Assembly: GCA_963575745.1 (NCBI GenBank)
Contig: CAUYUJ010000085.1
Span: 1 to 64,000, forward strand
Direction: 5' to 3'
Source: Prorocentrum cordatum
Taxonomy: Eukaryota
DNA length: 64,000 nt
Both the position numbers and the translations under genes were made by a program. Below are positions 37,235-48,100 of the stretch, piece after piece. The first letter of the stretch is position 1. Each line of letters begins with the position of its first letter. The notes under the pieces were generated by a model. It did not search any database. It was not told the origin of the DNA and saw only the letters and a program-made list of their open reading frames with translations.

Positions 37235-38022
37235 TGCAATGGCGCTGCTAGAACCACTGCCCTGAGATGAATCCCTGGATATTGGTCTCTCTCTTCTCTC
37301 TCTCTCTCTCGCCTCTCGAGGTTTCGATAACACTGATGTTGGTGTCGGGGATGTACGGGCAATGGGAAGCACGAGGCTGCTCGCGCGATGGTGATGAAAA
37401 GGGGCTGTTACGGTTGCGGGCCAGCTCGCAATCCTGCGCGTCACAGGCGCGCACCATGAATCCAGCGACTACTCTGTCGCTCAAAGGCTTGAAACCAAGG
37501 CGTTTCAAAAGAAACGAGCTGGGGACACCTTGAACAATCGTGGGGATGAGCCTCTGGGGCCCGATGGCTCTACCCCGCCCGGGGGGAGACCATCAAAGAA
37601 AAAATCAAAAAAAAATCAAAAAAAAAATAGAAGAAAGAAAAAAAAAAAACATAAAGAGCAAGCAAACAAATAAAAAAAAAATGACGAGAAATAAAAAAAC
37701 AGAAAAAACCAAAACCAAAAAAAAAAAAAATAATTGAAAAAAAAAAAAAAAACAAAAAAACAAAATCAAAAAAAACTTAAGAGAAAGCAAAACTAAATAA
37801 AAAAAAAAAAACAAAAAGAAAAAAATGAGTATGAGTGCATGACCTAACTACACACACACGGAATTCGAAACACGATGCGCCGTGAAACGCGGATATATGT
37901 AAACCGGGGTCCCTTGTGAACGCAGACATGTATGCAGGTGTAAGCTCACACTCGGCATCTAGAGGCCATCTGTTGTGTAGTAAGGAGGCTCTAGTCAGGC
38001 AGGCTCTGGGCTGTACGTTGCA
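37235..38022 (-). repeat. 5' LTR (contains an extra ~230-nt A-rich stretch)
   Basis: Homologous to 28556-29141; TG...CA ends. Confidence 0.85.
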
Positions 38023-39159
38023 CAGCGAGGCCCCCGAAACACTTCCCGACGGAACCAGACGGGCCAGGAGCCCACCAAGACGGCCCCAAATGGCTCTAAG
38101 ATGGCCCAAGACGGCTCCCAAGAGGCCTCCAAAACGGCCCACGAGGCTCTCCAGGAAGGCCCGAAGATGCCAAATGCATCGATTTCCCTCCGGTTTTCGG
38201 GAGATATGTTTGCTTCGGTCGGCCTTCCGACGGCCCGAGACGGCCCAAGAGCCCCGAAAGATCGCCCAAGAGGCCTCCAGGACGGCCCCAGAACAGCCCA
38301 AGAAGCCTCCAAGACGGCCCCAAGAGGGCCGCAGAAGGCCCAAAAGGCCTCCAAGACGCCCAAGATGGCCTCAAAGACGTCCCTCGAGTCAAGTCGGCCC
38401 AGAAAAGCCCCAAAGACGGCTTCCGACGGCGTCGGACGTGCCAGGAATGCCCTGAGACCCCGAGAAGCCCCCAAAGGCCCTCAAAATGCACAACGAGGCC
38501 CCCCAAGATGCCTCCAAGAGGCTCTCAGGAAACTCCCAGGAGGAGGCGCCAAGAGTGCCCCCAGAGGCTCCCAAGATGCTTCCTCCTCCTCCTCCTGCTC
38601 CTCCTCCTCCTCCTCCTCCTCCTCCTCCCCTCCTCCTCCTTCTATTCTTCCTCCTCCTCCTCCTCCTCCTCCTTCTATCCTCCTCCTTCTGCTCCTCCTC
38701 CTCCTCCTTCTCCTCCTCCTCCTGATCTTCCCCGCCGTCCTCCCCGACGTGTTCCCCGAAGGGTTCCCCCACCTGTTGGGGGAACAAATGGCCTGGTGTG
38801 TTGGCAGAGCACTGGCCACAACGCTCAGACGCATGGGCGATTCCAAGCCGCTTGCTCCCCCAAGCGTTCCCCGAAGGCTTTCCCTACCGACTCGGGGAAC
38901 AATTGGCCCGATAGCTTGGCCAAGCTCTAGCCCAGCTGTCGGCCACATCAGCGCTTCCACAAGGGCAGGGCGCGGCGGCGATTCGCCGTGCGCGTCGTCG
39001 ATAACGCCAACGTCTCAATACGCGCTGATGGTTCCAATCCGCCCCCGCATGATGTTCGCAGATGCGCCGAGACAGCGCCGAGACGCACCGACGCGACCCT
39101 GATCTACCCCATTAGGATAGAGAGGGGGCCGGCGGCAGGGGGCGAAGCCCTTACGAATA

Positions 39160-41069
39160 AGACATGAGCCGTGCAATCAGCCATGAGGCTGCATATCCAA
39201 GCTCAATTCCGTGGGGGTGGACCACTTCGACCTCGCAATATTTAGAATCGTGTGACATCATGCCGGGGAATCCAGAGACTATGCCCTGCCCAACAAGTTG
39301 CAGAGTGTAGAAGTTCAACTTGAGGATGATCAATACAACCAGGGCGTAAAACTTCTGCTTCAGAAAACCATATTGCCAGCAGTCTCATCTGCTGGCGCCT
39401 CTTCCAACCGCTTCTGCCGATCGTACAAAGGAGATGCAACGTCGGTCGTGCACCATACGAACTGGACATATGTTGCAGAAAAGGCAAACGACAGAATAGG
39501 CAGACCACGCGGCAGGATTGCATGCCACGGGCCAATCCAAGCATGCACGAACCCACTTAAGAATCGGACGGAACAGCTCGAACGCTGGGGATACGATGCT
39601 CATGACCGCGAAATCGCCCTTCATGCCCTGCATGACCGCATACACTGGCGGAGAATCACTTGAGTCGCGCTGGGAGGGAAGCAGATCAAATCCACTCTCG
39701 ATCAGCATTGCGTCCACCAAGAACTGGACGTAGACTCCAACACTTATCACGGTGGCAATTACAAGAAGAGCCACTGTCCGATAAGTCCACTTGACGAATG
39801 GGTGCCTCAAGAACTGCCACAGCTTCCCCTCGTACTTCACGGCAGGAACTTGACCTCCTGAGACTCTTGTTTCATTCGTAGCTCGCTCTGCGACGGACTC
39901 CATCAGTGTGAGGAGCATGAAGAATAGCGACATCATCAACAAACCGAACAGATAAGTGATTAGGAAGGTGACCGCCGCAAACAAGATAATAATGAAAGTC
40001 AGCATTGTGAATGATACAATTCCCCACCACAAGATGCAATATCCAACGATGTTGAATGGATGTTCACTGTCTCCCGCGGCCTTGCCACCGTGCAACAACA
40101 TATACGGGAAATGTGCGATGCGAACTGCGAGGCTGCTCAACATCTCGGTTTTACATACTTTGTGGGCCAAAATACATAGTACCGTAGATACCAGAGGGGC
40201 CACAGCAAGGAATGGGACAAGCCACACAACCATCACCGTCATGAAGGCGTAAATGAACATCTCGAATCCTCGGGCTTCGATGGGCGGCTCAGCGGCCCGC
40301 ACGGCATCGGCCTCCGACGTGCGGCAAATCTTCCACCCTGTAGATTCGACGCCGTCGTCAGAGCTCCACAGGATCGCCCCGGTTGCCACGACGTCCTGCG
40401 GGCCCCGCGAGAAGTGGCCCGAATAGCGCTTCCCGTTCACGGTGAGGACGTCGTAGTTCCTCTCGCTGCGGAAGCGGATGGCGCTGACGCTCTCCTGCGC
40501 CCACGGGTTCACGGAGATCTCGCAGCTCTGCTGGCCACCGTACCTCGGCTACACGCAGGAGAGCGACCCTGGGCAAGAGTGACCTGTGGTGCGCGGCCCA
40601 GTGTGGGGGGCCCTTCGGGGACACCGCCGGGCGCGCAGGCCGCTGCTGTCGCATCGTGCTTGGCGATCGGGGTGCCCCACTGGGCCCGCACCAGAGGTCA
40701 CTCCAGCGAAGGGTCACTCTGACACGTCGTTCATTTCTCATCGTGCTCGTTTCTGCTTGTGCTCGTGTCTCTGCTTGTTCCTGGCCCCCTGGTGGCCAGG
40801 AAGAGGCCCAGGACAGAGGCATCAGACATGAGAGGATCCTGGCCTCCTAAGATACCCCCGAGAGGCCTCCCGAAGAAGCAGACGTGAGCAACGTATGCGC
40901 GTGCAGCCGCGCACCGTCCCGGGTAGTTCGGGCTCTGCACGCAGGCCCCGACCTGCTCGCACGGCCCCCGCACCGCCGCGACCCACGAGGCGGCGGCCGC
41001 CGGGCCGCGGAGGAGGGCGGCCGCCGCCCAGGCCCAGGGGCGGCACGGCCACGGCGCGGCCCGCCGCAT
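39160..41069 (-). pseudogene. Signal peptide + CUB-like domain + multi-TM protein; exon 41069-40915, intron 40914-40544, exon 40543-~39160 with apparent frameshifts near 39545 and 39365
   Basis: Splicing GT..AG|G yields CVQSPNYPGRYGGQQSCEISV..RFRSERNYDVLTVNG..YSG..WSSDDGVESTGWKIC (CUB signature), followed by several hydrophobic helices. It could be an intact gene with sequencing indels. Confidence 0.8.
40560..40720. mobile_element. MITE-like element family 1, copy b, inside the CUB-gene intron
   Basis: gagtgacctgtggtgcg / cgcaccagaggtcactc TIRs. Internal ctgtcgca..ggcgatcggg is shared with copy a. Confidence 0.75.
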
Positions 41070-42163
41070 CACGGCGGGGGGGCGGCGGGCCAAAGGGCTG
41101 GAGCCGGGCGCCCTTTCGGTCTGCACTTCTGGGGTGCTCTTCTGGTTCGTCGCGCTGCCCTGTTCGTGTGCAGCATCTGCTGTGCTCGTCTCGCTGCCCC
41201 CTGCCCTTGCCGCCGCGGCCCTCTTGTTTCAAGTGTTCTTGGGCGCTTGTCCTACAGCAGCGCCGCTCTGTGCCCATTTTTCGGGTGGCTGTCATTGCCC
41301 TCGCTGCTGCGCGCATCTGATTTCACTTCTGGCCGCTTCTGCGCACTGCGGCTCTTTCAACATGTTCGCCTGTATTGGGCAGTCTTGGGTATAGCCACTA
41401 CGTGTGTAGAAAGGGTTGGGTACGTTCCTGGGTAATTTCACGGAGGTTCGTCGCTTGGGAGGCCTTGGGGCGCGTGGCAGCAGCGCCAGGGTGTCTGGAA
41501 CGTACGCGATCCTCGAGCGGGAGCTTGGGATGACGGGTCTAGGAGGTGGCAGCCCTGCGGGAACTGCGCAATCCTCGACCGGGTGCGCATGGAATGAGGG
41601 ATCAGGCATTAGCCGTCATGCGGAAGTACGCGTGGAATGGGGGTTCAGGCATGAGCTGCCATGCGGGAAGTTTACCATCCTCGAGCGGGCAAACGTGGAG
41701 AGGGGGGGTAGGGACTCCATGCGGGAAGTGCACCCATCCTCGAGCGGGCACGAGGGAAGTGGCCTCGGTGAGTTGGGGGGGTATGCGCGCACGAGGTCCG
41801 CTGGTAGAGGAGGGGCGGCCCCTCGCTAGAGTCCAAGAACCCTAGCAGGTAGACGCTGACATTCTTCCAAGCCTCGACGTGCACAAGGCACGGTGGCGGG
41901 CGTCTCGGAGGTTCGCGCTCTCCCAGGCGCGCGGAGCGGGCCAGGGGTGGCGCCGGGTCTGGGAATTTCAAGTTTATTATGTGTTGTTTTTGTTTAGTTT
42001 TATGTTTTAATTTATTTTTTTTTTTTTTTTTTTGTTTATTTTATTTTTTTTATTTTTTTTATAAAGGTGTTTTTTAGTTTTTTTTTTTTTGTTCTTTTTT
42101 TTTTGGGGCCCAAGGCCGATCCAAGAGATCCGCGCGGACCTCCGGGAAAGTATGCATGTGTTT

Positions 42164-42317
42164 TAGGTCGGGCATGTCCTCCTACAGGCGGACTGTGGAC
42201 GAAAAATCAAAAACTCGAACATATCCAGCACAGATTCAAAATAGTCACACAAACGTCCCCCGACTATGCTTTGACTATTCTTGAATATTCCTCCTGTAGA
42301 GGGACATGCCCGACTTA
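42164..42317. mobile_element. MITE family 3 with ~23-bp TIRs and flanking TA; truncated relative at 56237-56352
   Basis: TA|ggtcgggcatgtcctcctacagg ... cctgtagagggacatgcccgact|TA. Confidence 0.8.
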
Positions 42318-44150
42318 CGTGTTCCTCTGACGTCGTCTCTGCTCGTCGTCTCTGCTCTTGGGGCAGGGGTCCTCCCTTGCTTGTCGACGTCGCTTGCCTT
42401 TGTCTCGGCCGCACGTGGCGCGCACGTCTCTCTGAGAGCCGGCGCTGCGCTGCGAAATACTTGGCACCTCCTCCTCCTCCTCCTCCTCCTCCTCCTCCTC
42501 CTCCTCCTCCTCCTCCTCCCCCTCCTCCCCCTCCTCCTCCTCCTCCTCCTCCTCCTCCTCCTCCTCCGACTACTCCGCCCCCTCCTCCTCGACCTCCTCC
42601 TCCTCCTTCCTCTCCTCCTCCCGTACCTACTCCCCCCTCCTCCTCCCCTCATCCGTCCTCCTCCTCCTCCCTCCTCCTCCTCCTCCTCTTCCTCCTTCTC
42701 CCCCTCCTCCCGACTACTCCTCCCCGTCCTCCTCGACTCCTCCCCCTCTTCCTCCCTACCCCCCCGCCCTCCCTCCTCCTCCTCCTCCTCATTCTCCTCC
42801 TCCTCCTGCCTCCTCCTCCTCCTCCTCCTCGTCCTCCCTCTTCCTCCCCCTCTTCCTACCTCTCCTCCTCCTCCTCCTCCGCCTCCTCCTCCTTCTCCTC
42901 TCTCCTCCTCCTCTTCTTCCTCCTCCTCCTCCTCCTCCTCCTCCTCCTCCTCCCCCTCCCCCTCCGCAGCAGCAGCAGCGTCCTTCTTCGAGCGGGATCG
43001 AGCTGCGAGGGCCCGGGGCCCACACACCGGGCGGAAGCGCCCTTGTTCTGGCAAGAAGTGCAACGCCGAGAGCTCAAGGCCTGCGGAAGGAGCCGATCTC
43101 TATATACGCACGGACGCGTCTTCTGGCCCCGCACTGAAGCTCGCACAGGAAAGCGGGTCGGGGCGTCTACGGGATACTGGTGCATACATTTTGTCGATGC
43201 TTCCCTTACCCCGACGTCGTCCCAAACCCTCACAGGAAGTCGTGGGATTGAAGAACAACCCGCGATCCCCAGACCCCCGACTTCATGATTTCTCCATGAC
43301 GTCAACCTCCAGAGGTCTTGACCCATTGCCAGGCACCGTTGTTGCATCCTGAGTCGTCTTTTCACGGTTCCGAGGCCCAGTAAGGGCCCCCAGATGCCGA
43401 AAATGGCGAAGAAACACCCGTCGTGCTTTGTTTCATGACTCGAGGGGGTCTGGGTCACAGGGCAGGATGTTCTTCCAGACAAGGCACTTCCACTTTCATT
43501 CGCTCGGAAGAGGAGTAGGCAGGAGGAGCCTGAAGATGGAGGAGAACGAGTATGCTGGGGAGGGTAGGTAGGAGGAAGAGGCAGGTAGAGGCGGAGGAGG
43601 AGGAGGAGGATGAGGAGGAGGAGGAGGACGTGGAGGAGGACGTGGAGGAGGACGAGGAGGAGCGCAACGGCGGCGCGCAACGCGCCGACGAAGACGACGC
43701 CGAAAATGGCGGCGGCGCCGGCGGCGCCGGCGGCCGGCGGGCAGCCGAGGCCCGCCGTGGCCGCTTGGGCGGCGCCGCGCGGCCACAGCTGGGGGCGCCG
43801 TGCTCCCGGCCCCAGTTGGGAACCCGGGCCCCCGTCATCCCTCCCGAACCTTCTCCTCCTCCTCCTCCTCCTCCTCCTCCTCCTCCTCCTCCTCCTTCTC
43901 GTCCAGGCTGCCATTTGGGCTCCCACGCGCGCGGGGGCGCGCGGGGGGGGCGTCCATCTGGCCCCAGACGCCGGCGGCCCGCGGCGATTGCGGGCGCTGG
44001 TGCACCTCGACGACGGCTGGCCGCTCGCCTCGACGGCGCTCGCCGTCGCCAGCCTGGCACAGGCGGCAGCGGCGGCGCCGCGCGGAGGCTCGCCAGGTCC
44101 TTCGCGTCGCGGAGGCCCGCAGGACGCTGGCTGGCCACCACGGCGAGGCC

Positions 44151-45155
44151 ACGGCGCAGGACGAGGCGGCCCATGGAGCCCCTTGGCGCACAGCTCAGGG
44201 GCGTGGCGGCGGTGGCCCTGTGTGGGCATGCGCGGCCACGCGGGCGTGCGGGTTCGCCAACAACTTCGCGACCCGCGAGACCTGCTGGGCCTGCGGCCTC
44301 GACCGCCAGGGCCGGCCTACGGGAGCCAAGGGGGCCCGCCAGCCCACCAGGCCGCGCTCGGCGTCCAGGCCTCGCTCGCTGGGCGCTGGCGGCGGTCGCC
44401 ATCTTCGCGGCGCTCCTCCTGGGGCTGGCGGCGGGGGCACCGCGGAGTCCAACGCGGTGGCCAAGTGCCGTAAGGCCCTCAAGGCGCTGCGCAGCATCTA
44501 TGACGAAGAGCACTCCCTCGTCGTGGCTGCCAAGGCCGAGCTCAGCCAGGCCGAAGCACAAGAGCGGGCTCACCTGGCGCCTGCCGACGTGCTCCGCTCG
44601 GCGCTGGACAGGCAGGCAGCGCGTGAAGAGGGGCGTGCAAAGCTCCAGACGGAGGTCGACGCCCTGGCAGCCCAACTCAACTCGGCCACCGACAGGCTGG
44701 ACCGCGTCAAGCTGCAGCTTGTGGAGTCCAACGAGGAGGTGGCGCAGGCCCAGCTGGCCAATGCGGCACATACCGCACCCCTGGGCGGCGATGCGGCATC
44801 TTCGGTGGCGGCGCTTCAGCAACTTCTCCAGACAGCCCACAACTCCATCCAGCAGGGCCAGGACCGCAACATCGTGGGCGGTGCCATCCTGGAGCAGCTG
44901 GTGGGACACGTGCGCACGCCGGGGGACGCAATGCCGAGGCCGTCTCCGCCAGGCCAGACGGCGATGGAGGTTGAGGCCTTTCGCACCGCGGGCGGGCAGC
45001 CCGCTGGCGTCGGCGCCCACACAGCAGCAGTCACAGCAGCCGCAGCGCCTGCAGCACCAGGCGCAGCACGTGCACCAGCAGCACCACCAGTCGCAGCAGC
45101 ACCGACGCCAGCAGGAGCAGCAGCGGCAGCGCGGGAGTTTGCGGGCACCACGTAG
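44151..45155 (+). CDS. LINE-B ORF1: RanBP2-like zinc finger + coiled coil
   Basis: WACAATRACGFANNFATRETCWACG followed by heptad-like helices. No upstream in-frame ATG; an in-frame ACG lies in GCC-ACG-GCG context at 44151. Confidence 0.7.
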   Translation, partial: TAQDEAAHGAPWRTAQGRGGGGPVWACAATRACGFANNFATRETCWACGLDRQGRPTGAKGARQPTRPRSASRPRSLGAGGGRHLRGAPPGAGGGGTAESNAVAKCRKALKALRSIYDEEHSLVVAAKAELSQAEAQERAHLAPADVLRSALDRQAAREEGRAKLQTEVDALAAQLNSATDRLDRVKLQLVESNEEVAQAQLANAAHTAPLGGDAASSVAALQQLLQTAHNSIQQGQDRNIVGGAILEQLVGHVRTPGDAMPRPSPPGQTAMEVEAFRTAGGQPAGVGAHTAAVTAAAAPAAPGAARAPAAPPVAAAPTPAGAAAAAREFAGTT

Positions 45156-45186
45156 ACGAGCCACGCGCCGCAGGGCGCGCACCAGC

Positions 45187-48100
45187 ATGGGGGCTGTCAC
45201 ATTCAATGGGTATTGCTGGCGATCGTGCCAGCAGTTTTGGCAGAATGGAAAAAAAGGTGAAGGAAAAAAAGAAAGTACTAAAAAAAGAGAAAAGACAAAA
45301 AAAAAAAAGAAAAAAGAAAAAAAAAAAAAAAAAAAAAAAAAACAACAAAGATAAAAAAAGAAGACCAAAACGAAAAAAAGAAAGATAATAAAAAACAAAA
45401 AAAAAAAAAAACACAGATGCGCTGGTGGTAACGGCTCAGGAACTTCGACATGATGGCGAAGCGTTGGATCAGGCGCGAACATGGGCGACGAGAAATGGAT
45501 GGCAGCCATTCAGTCCGTGCAGGCGCCTGGCTTCCAAGCTGCCGAGCGCGGGCGTGGGGATCTTTGTCAGGGCGCATGTATCCACTACTCTTCTTAGTGG
45601 TGCTGGGGGCGTTACGGATGGGTTCGAGATCGTGCGTTCGTGGGCGGTGGCAGTACACGTACATGCTGGGATCAAGGGAGGCTTCATCGTCGGGTCGGCG
45701 TACATGGAGTCGGTCCCAGACCCCGACTTTCTCACCGCTAACTATCAGAAGCTCATGCGCATCGCGGAGAGCATGCGCTACTTCTCCGCCCCTTTCATTT
45801 TCGCAGGTGACTGGAACACGGAGCCTGCCAACATGGAGGTGCTGGGCTTCTTGCAGATCATGCCTGCCATTGCGGTGGCCACTCAAACGTCGGGCACTTG
45901 TCGTTCGGCAAAGACGGGCACTTACAGCACCATCGACTACTGGCTGGCCTCACCTGACTTTGCGAAGGCTTGTGGCGCCCCCTACGTGCTCGACTCTTGG
46001 GTCCCGAGGCCCCACTATCCTGTGCGCATGGATCTCGACGCGAAGCCCAGGGCGCACATGCAGATGCACCTGAAGGCGCCCAAGCCTTTCCCCAAGCAGG
46101 CGCCGCGGTGCTCACGGGCCAGTCCCTTGTATGGGCCGCCCAAATTGCAACCCTACCTGGACGTGGTCAGGCAAGATGCGGATCTGGGACAACCTGAAGA
46201 TGGTGATCAGGCACAGCGGCGGCTCGACGGCCTCCACGCCAACTTCATCTCGTTCGTGGAGCAGGACCTCTGCCACATCAACCAGGTGGACGTGCAGGAT
46301 CGCGAGAAGTATTGTGGTAGAGCGGAAGCTCCTGCATATGTCTGGCGTCCAGCGGGAGGGCCCATCCTCAAAGGGGCTCCAGCAGCTGGCCCCGAAGCCC
46401 GCTGCATGCGCAACGTGACCTTCGCGCTGCAAGACCTGGCCGCTCAACTTGAAAGGGCAGAGCCAACAGGTCATCTTTCGCCAGCTACCACATCGGCTTC
46501 GACTTACTCAGGCGTCGTCGGCATCGCGGGCTCCAGCTCTCAGTTGAAGTTTGATGCTGGCATGGCTGCGCAGCGGACGGCGCCACGTGATCGTGACAAG
46601 GATGCAGTTTCTCGCGTGACATCTACATATTCAGGTGACGCCAACGACTCGGGCTCCAGCTCTCATTTGAAGATTGCAGTCGGCATGGCTGAGAAGCGGG
46701 CATCACCACGGCATCGAGCAAGGACAGCAGCTTCCCTTGGGAATTCTACTCATTCAGGCGACGTCGGCGGCTCGGGCTCCAGCGCTAATTTAAAGTTTGT
46801 CGCTGGCATGGCTGAGCAGCAGGCGGAGCCACATGGACACGACGAAGGGCCAGATCGAGGAGGGCTTCGCGACGAGAGAGGGCACGACGATCAAGACCAA
46901 GGCGATCGGGAGGGACCTACCCCACCGAGGCGTCGGGGTCCAGGTCTTATTGGGCCCAACTGGGCGCGCATCACGAGGGCTCTTCGGCCAGGTCATCGTC
47001 AGGACATCCACGCGACGGAGGGCGTGGTGCTGTTCGAGTGGGCTTGGCCTGTTCTACGTTATGCGTGCAGACTGGAGGCCTCACAGTACATCATGTTTGT
47101 CAAAGCTCTCGCCCTGACCTTCGAAGGCCATGCCAAGGTTCTCGAGCAGCAGGCAGCCAACAAGAGGGCCAAGAGCTTTCACAAGTGGGCCCAGGACGCG
47201 CTGATCACAGGCGCCTCCCCAGTCTCCGGCATGACCAAGCTGAAGGGGCGGGCGCGCAATGAGGTAGACAGGTTCGGTATTCGCTCAGCGCTTCCTCAAG
47301 CAGTAGCAGACAGCCAGATGGACATGTGGAATGACATATGGCAAGGTACAAAGGTCTCCAAAGCTGCGGATAAGGACATCATCTTCAAGGACGTGGGCAG
47401 CATCACCTGTGCCGTCAGCCTCGGCGACAACGAGTTCGACGTCGAGCACATTGCAGACAGCCAGGACGACCTGGTGAAGCTCATCCGCACCCTACCATGC
47501 GAGGCCATGCAGGTACCCACGATCGATGACGTACGGCGTGCTTCGAGATCCTTTGCGTGGAAGACGGGACTTGGTGCTGACGCAATGCCTCCACGAGCGT
47601 ACTCTCTTTTGGTCGACGACGCCGTGGCCATGCTCGTGTACCTTCTATGGGCTGCGGAGGCCTGGGGGCGATGGCCCACCACCATCATGGCCATTCACGT
47701 GATGTTGTTGGCGAAGCCCCAAGGCGGCTTCAGGCCGATAGCCTTGCTGCCGTCCATCTACAGGGTGTACACCAAGATCAGGATCACCCACGTGCGCAGG
47801 TGGGCGGCCAACCACACGCGTCCTTACCTCGCGCTGGGCTCAGGACGATCTACGATAGATGTGGGTGCGCGCACAATGGTCTACGCAGAGGCAGCCGACG
47901 CAAGAGACCAGGACGCCATCATCACAGCCCCGATGGACATCAGCAAGTGCTTCGACAGGCTCAAGTGGATCAAGAACATCGAGGCCGCCAAACACGTTGG
48001 GTTTCCGCTCAGCGTCCTGCGCAGTGTCCTGGCCATGTATGCCGCTCCGAGGCGCATTCGATGGGGGACGAACTTCTCATATGCCGTCAGGGCCTCGCAA

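Larger units (their letters stand above)
28556..38022 (-). mobile_element. Ty1/copia LTR retrotransposon, full length but heavily decayed
   Basis: Two homologous TG..CA LTRs, a PBS, and gag-PR-IN-RT-RH order on the minus strand. Confidence 0.9.

Noticed and set aside
42275..45509. Long poly-P/L/S/R/G ORFs (also 16452-18089, 21562-24143, 55088-57078, 58008-60473)
   Set aside because: They are translations of microsatellites or antisense frames in GC-rich DNA, with no domain motifs.
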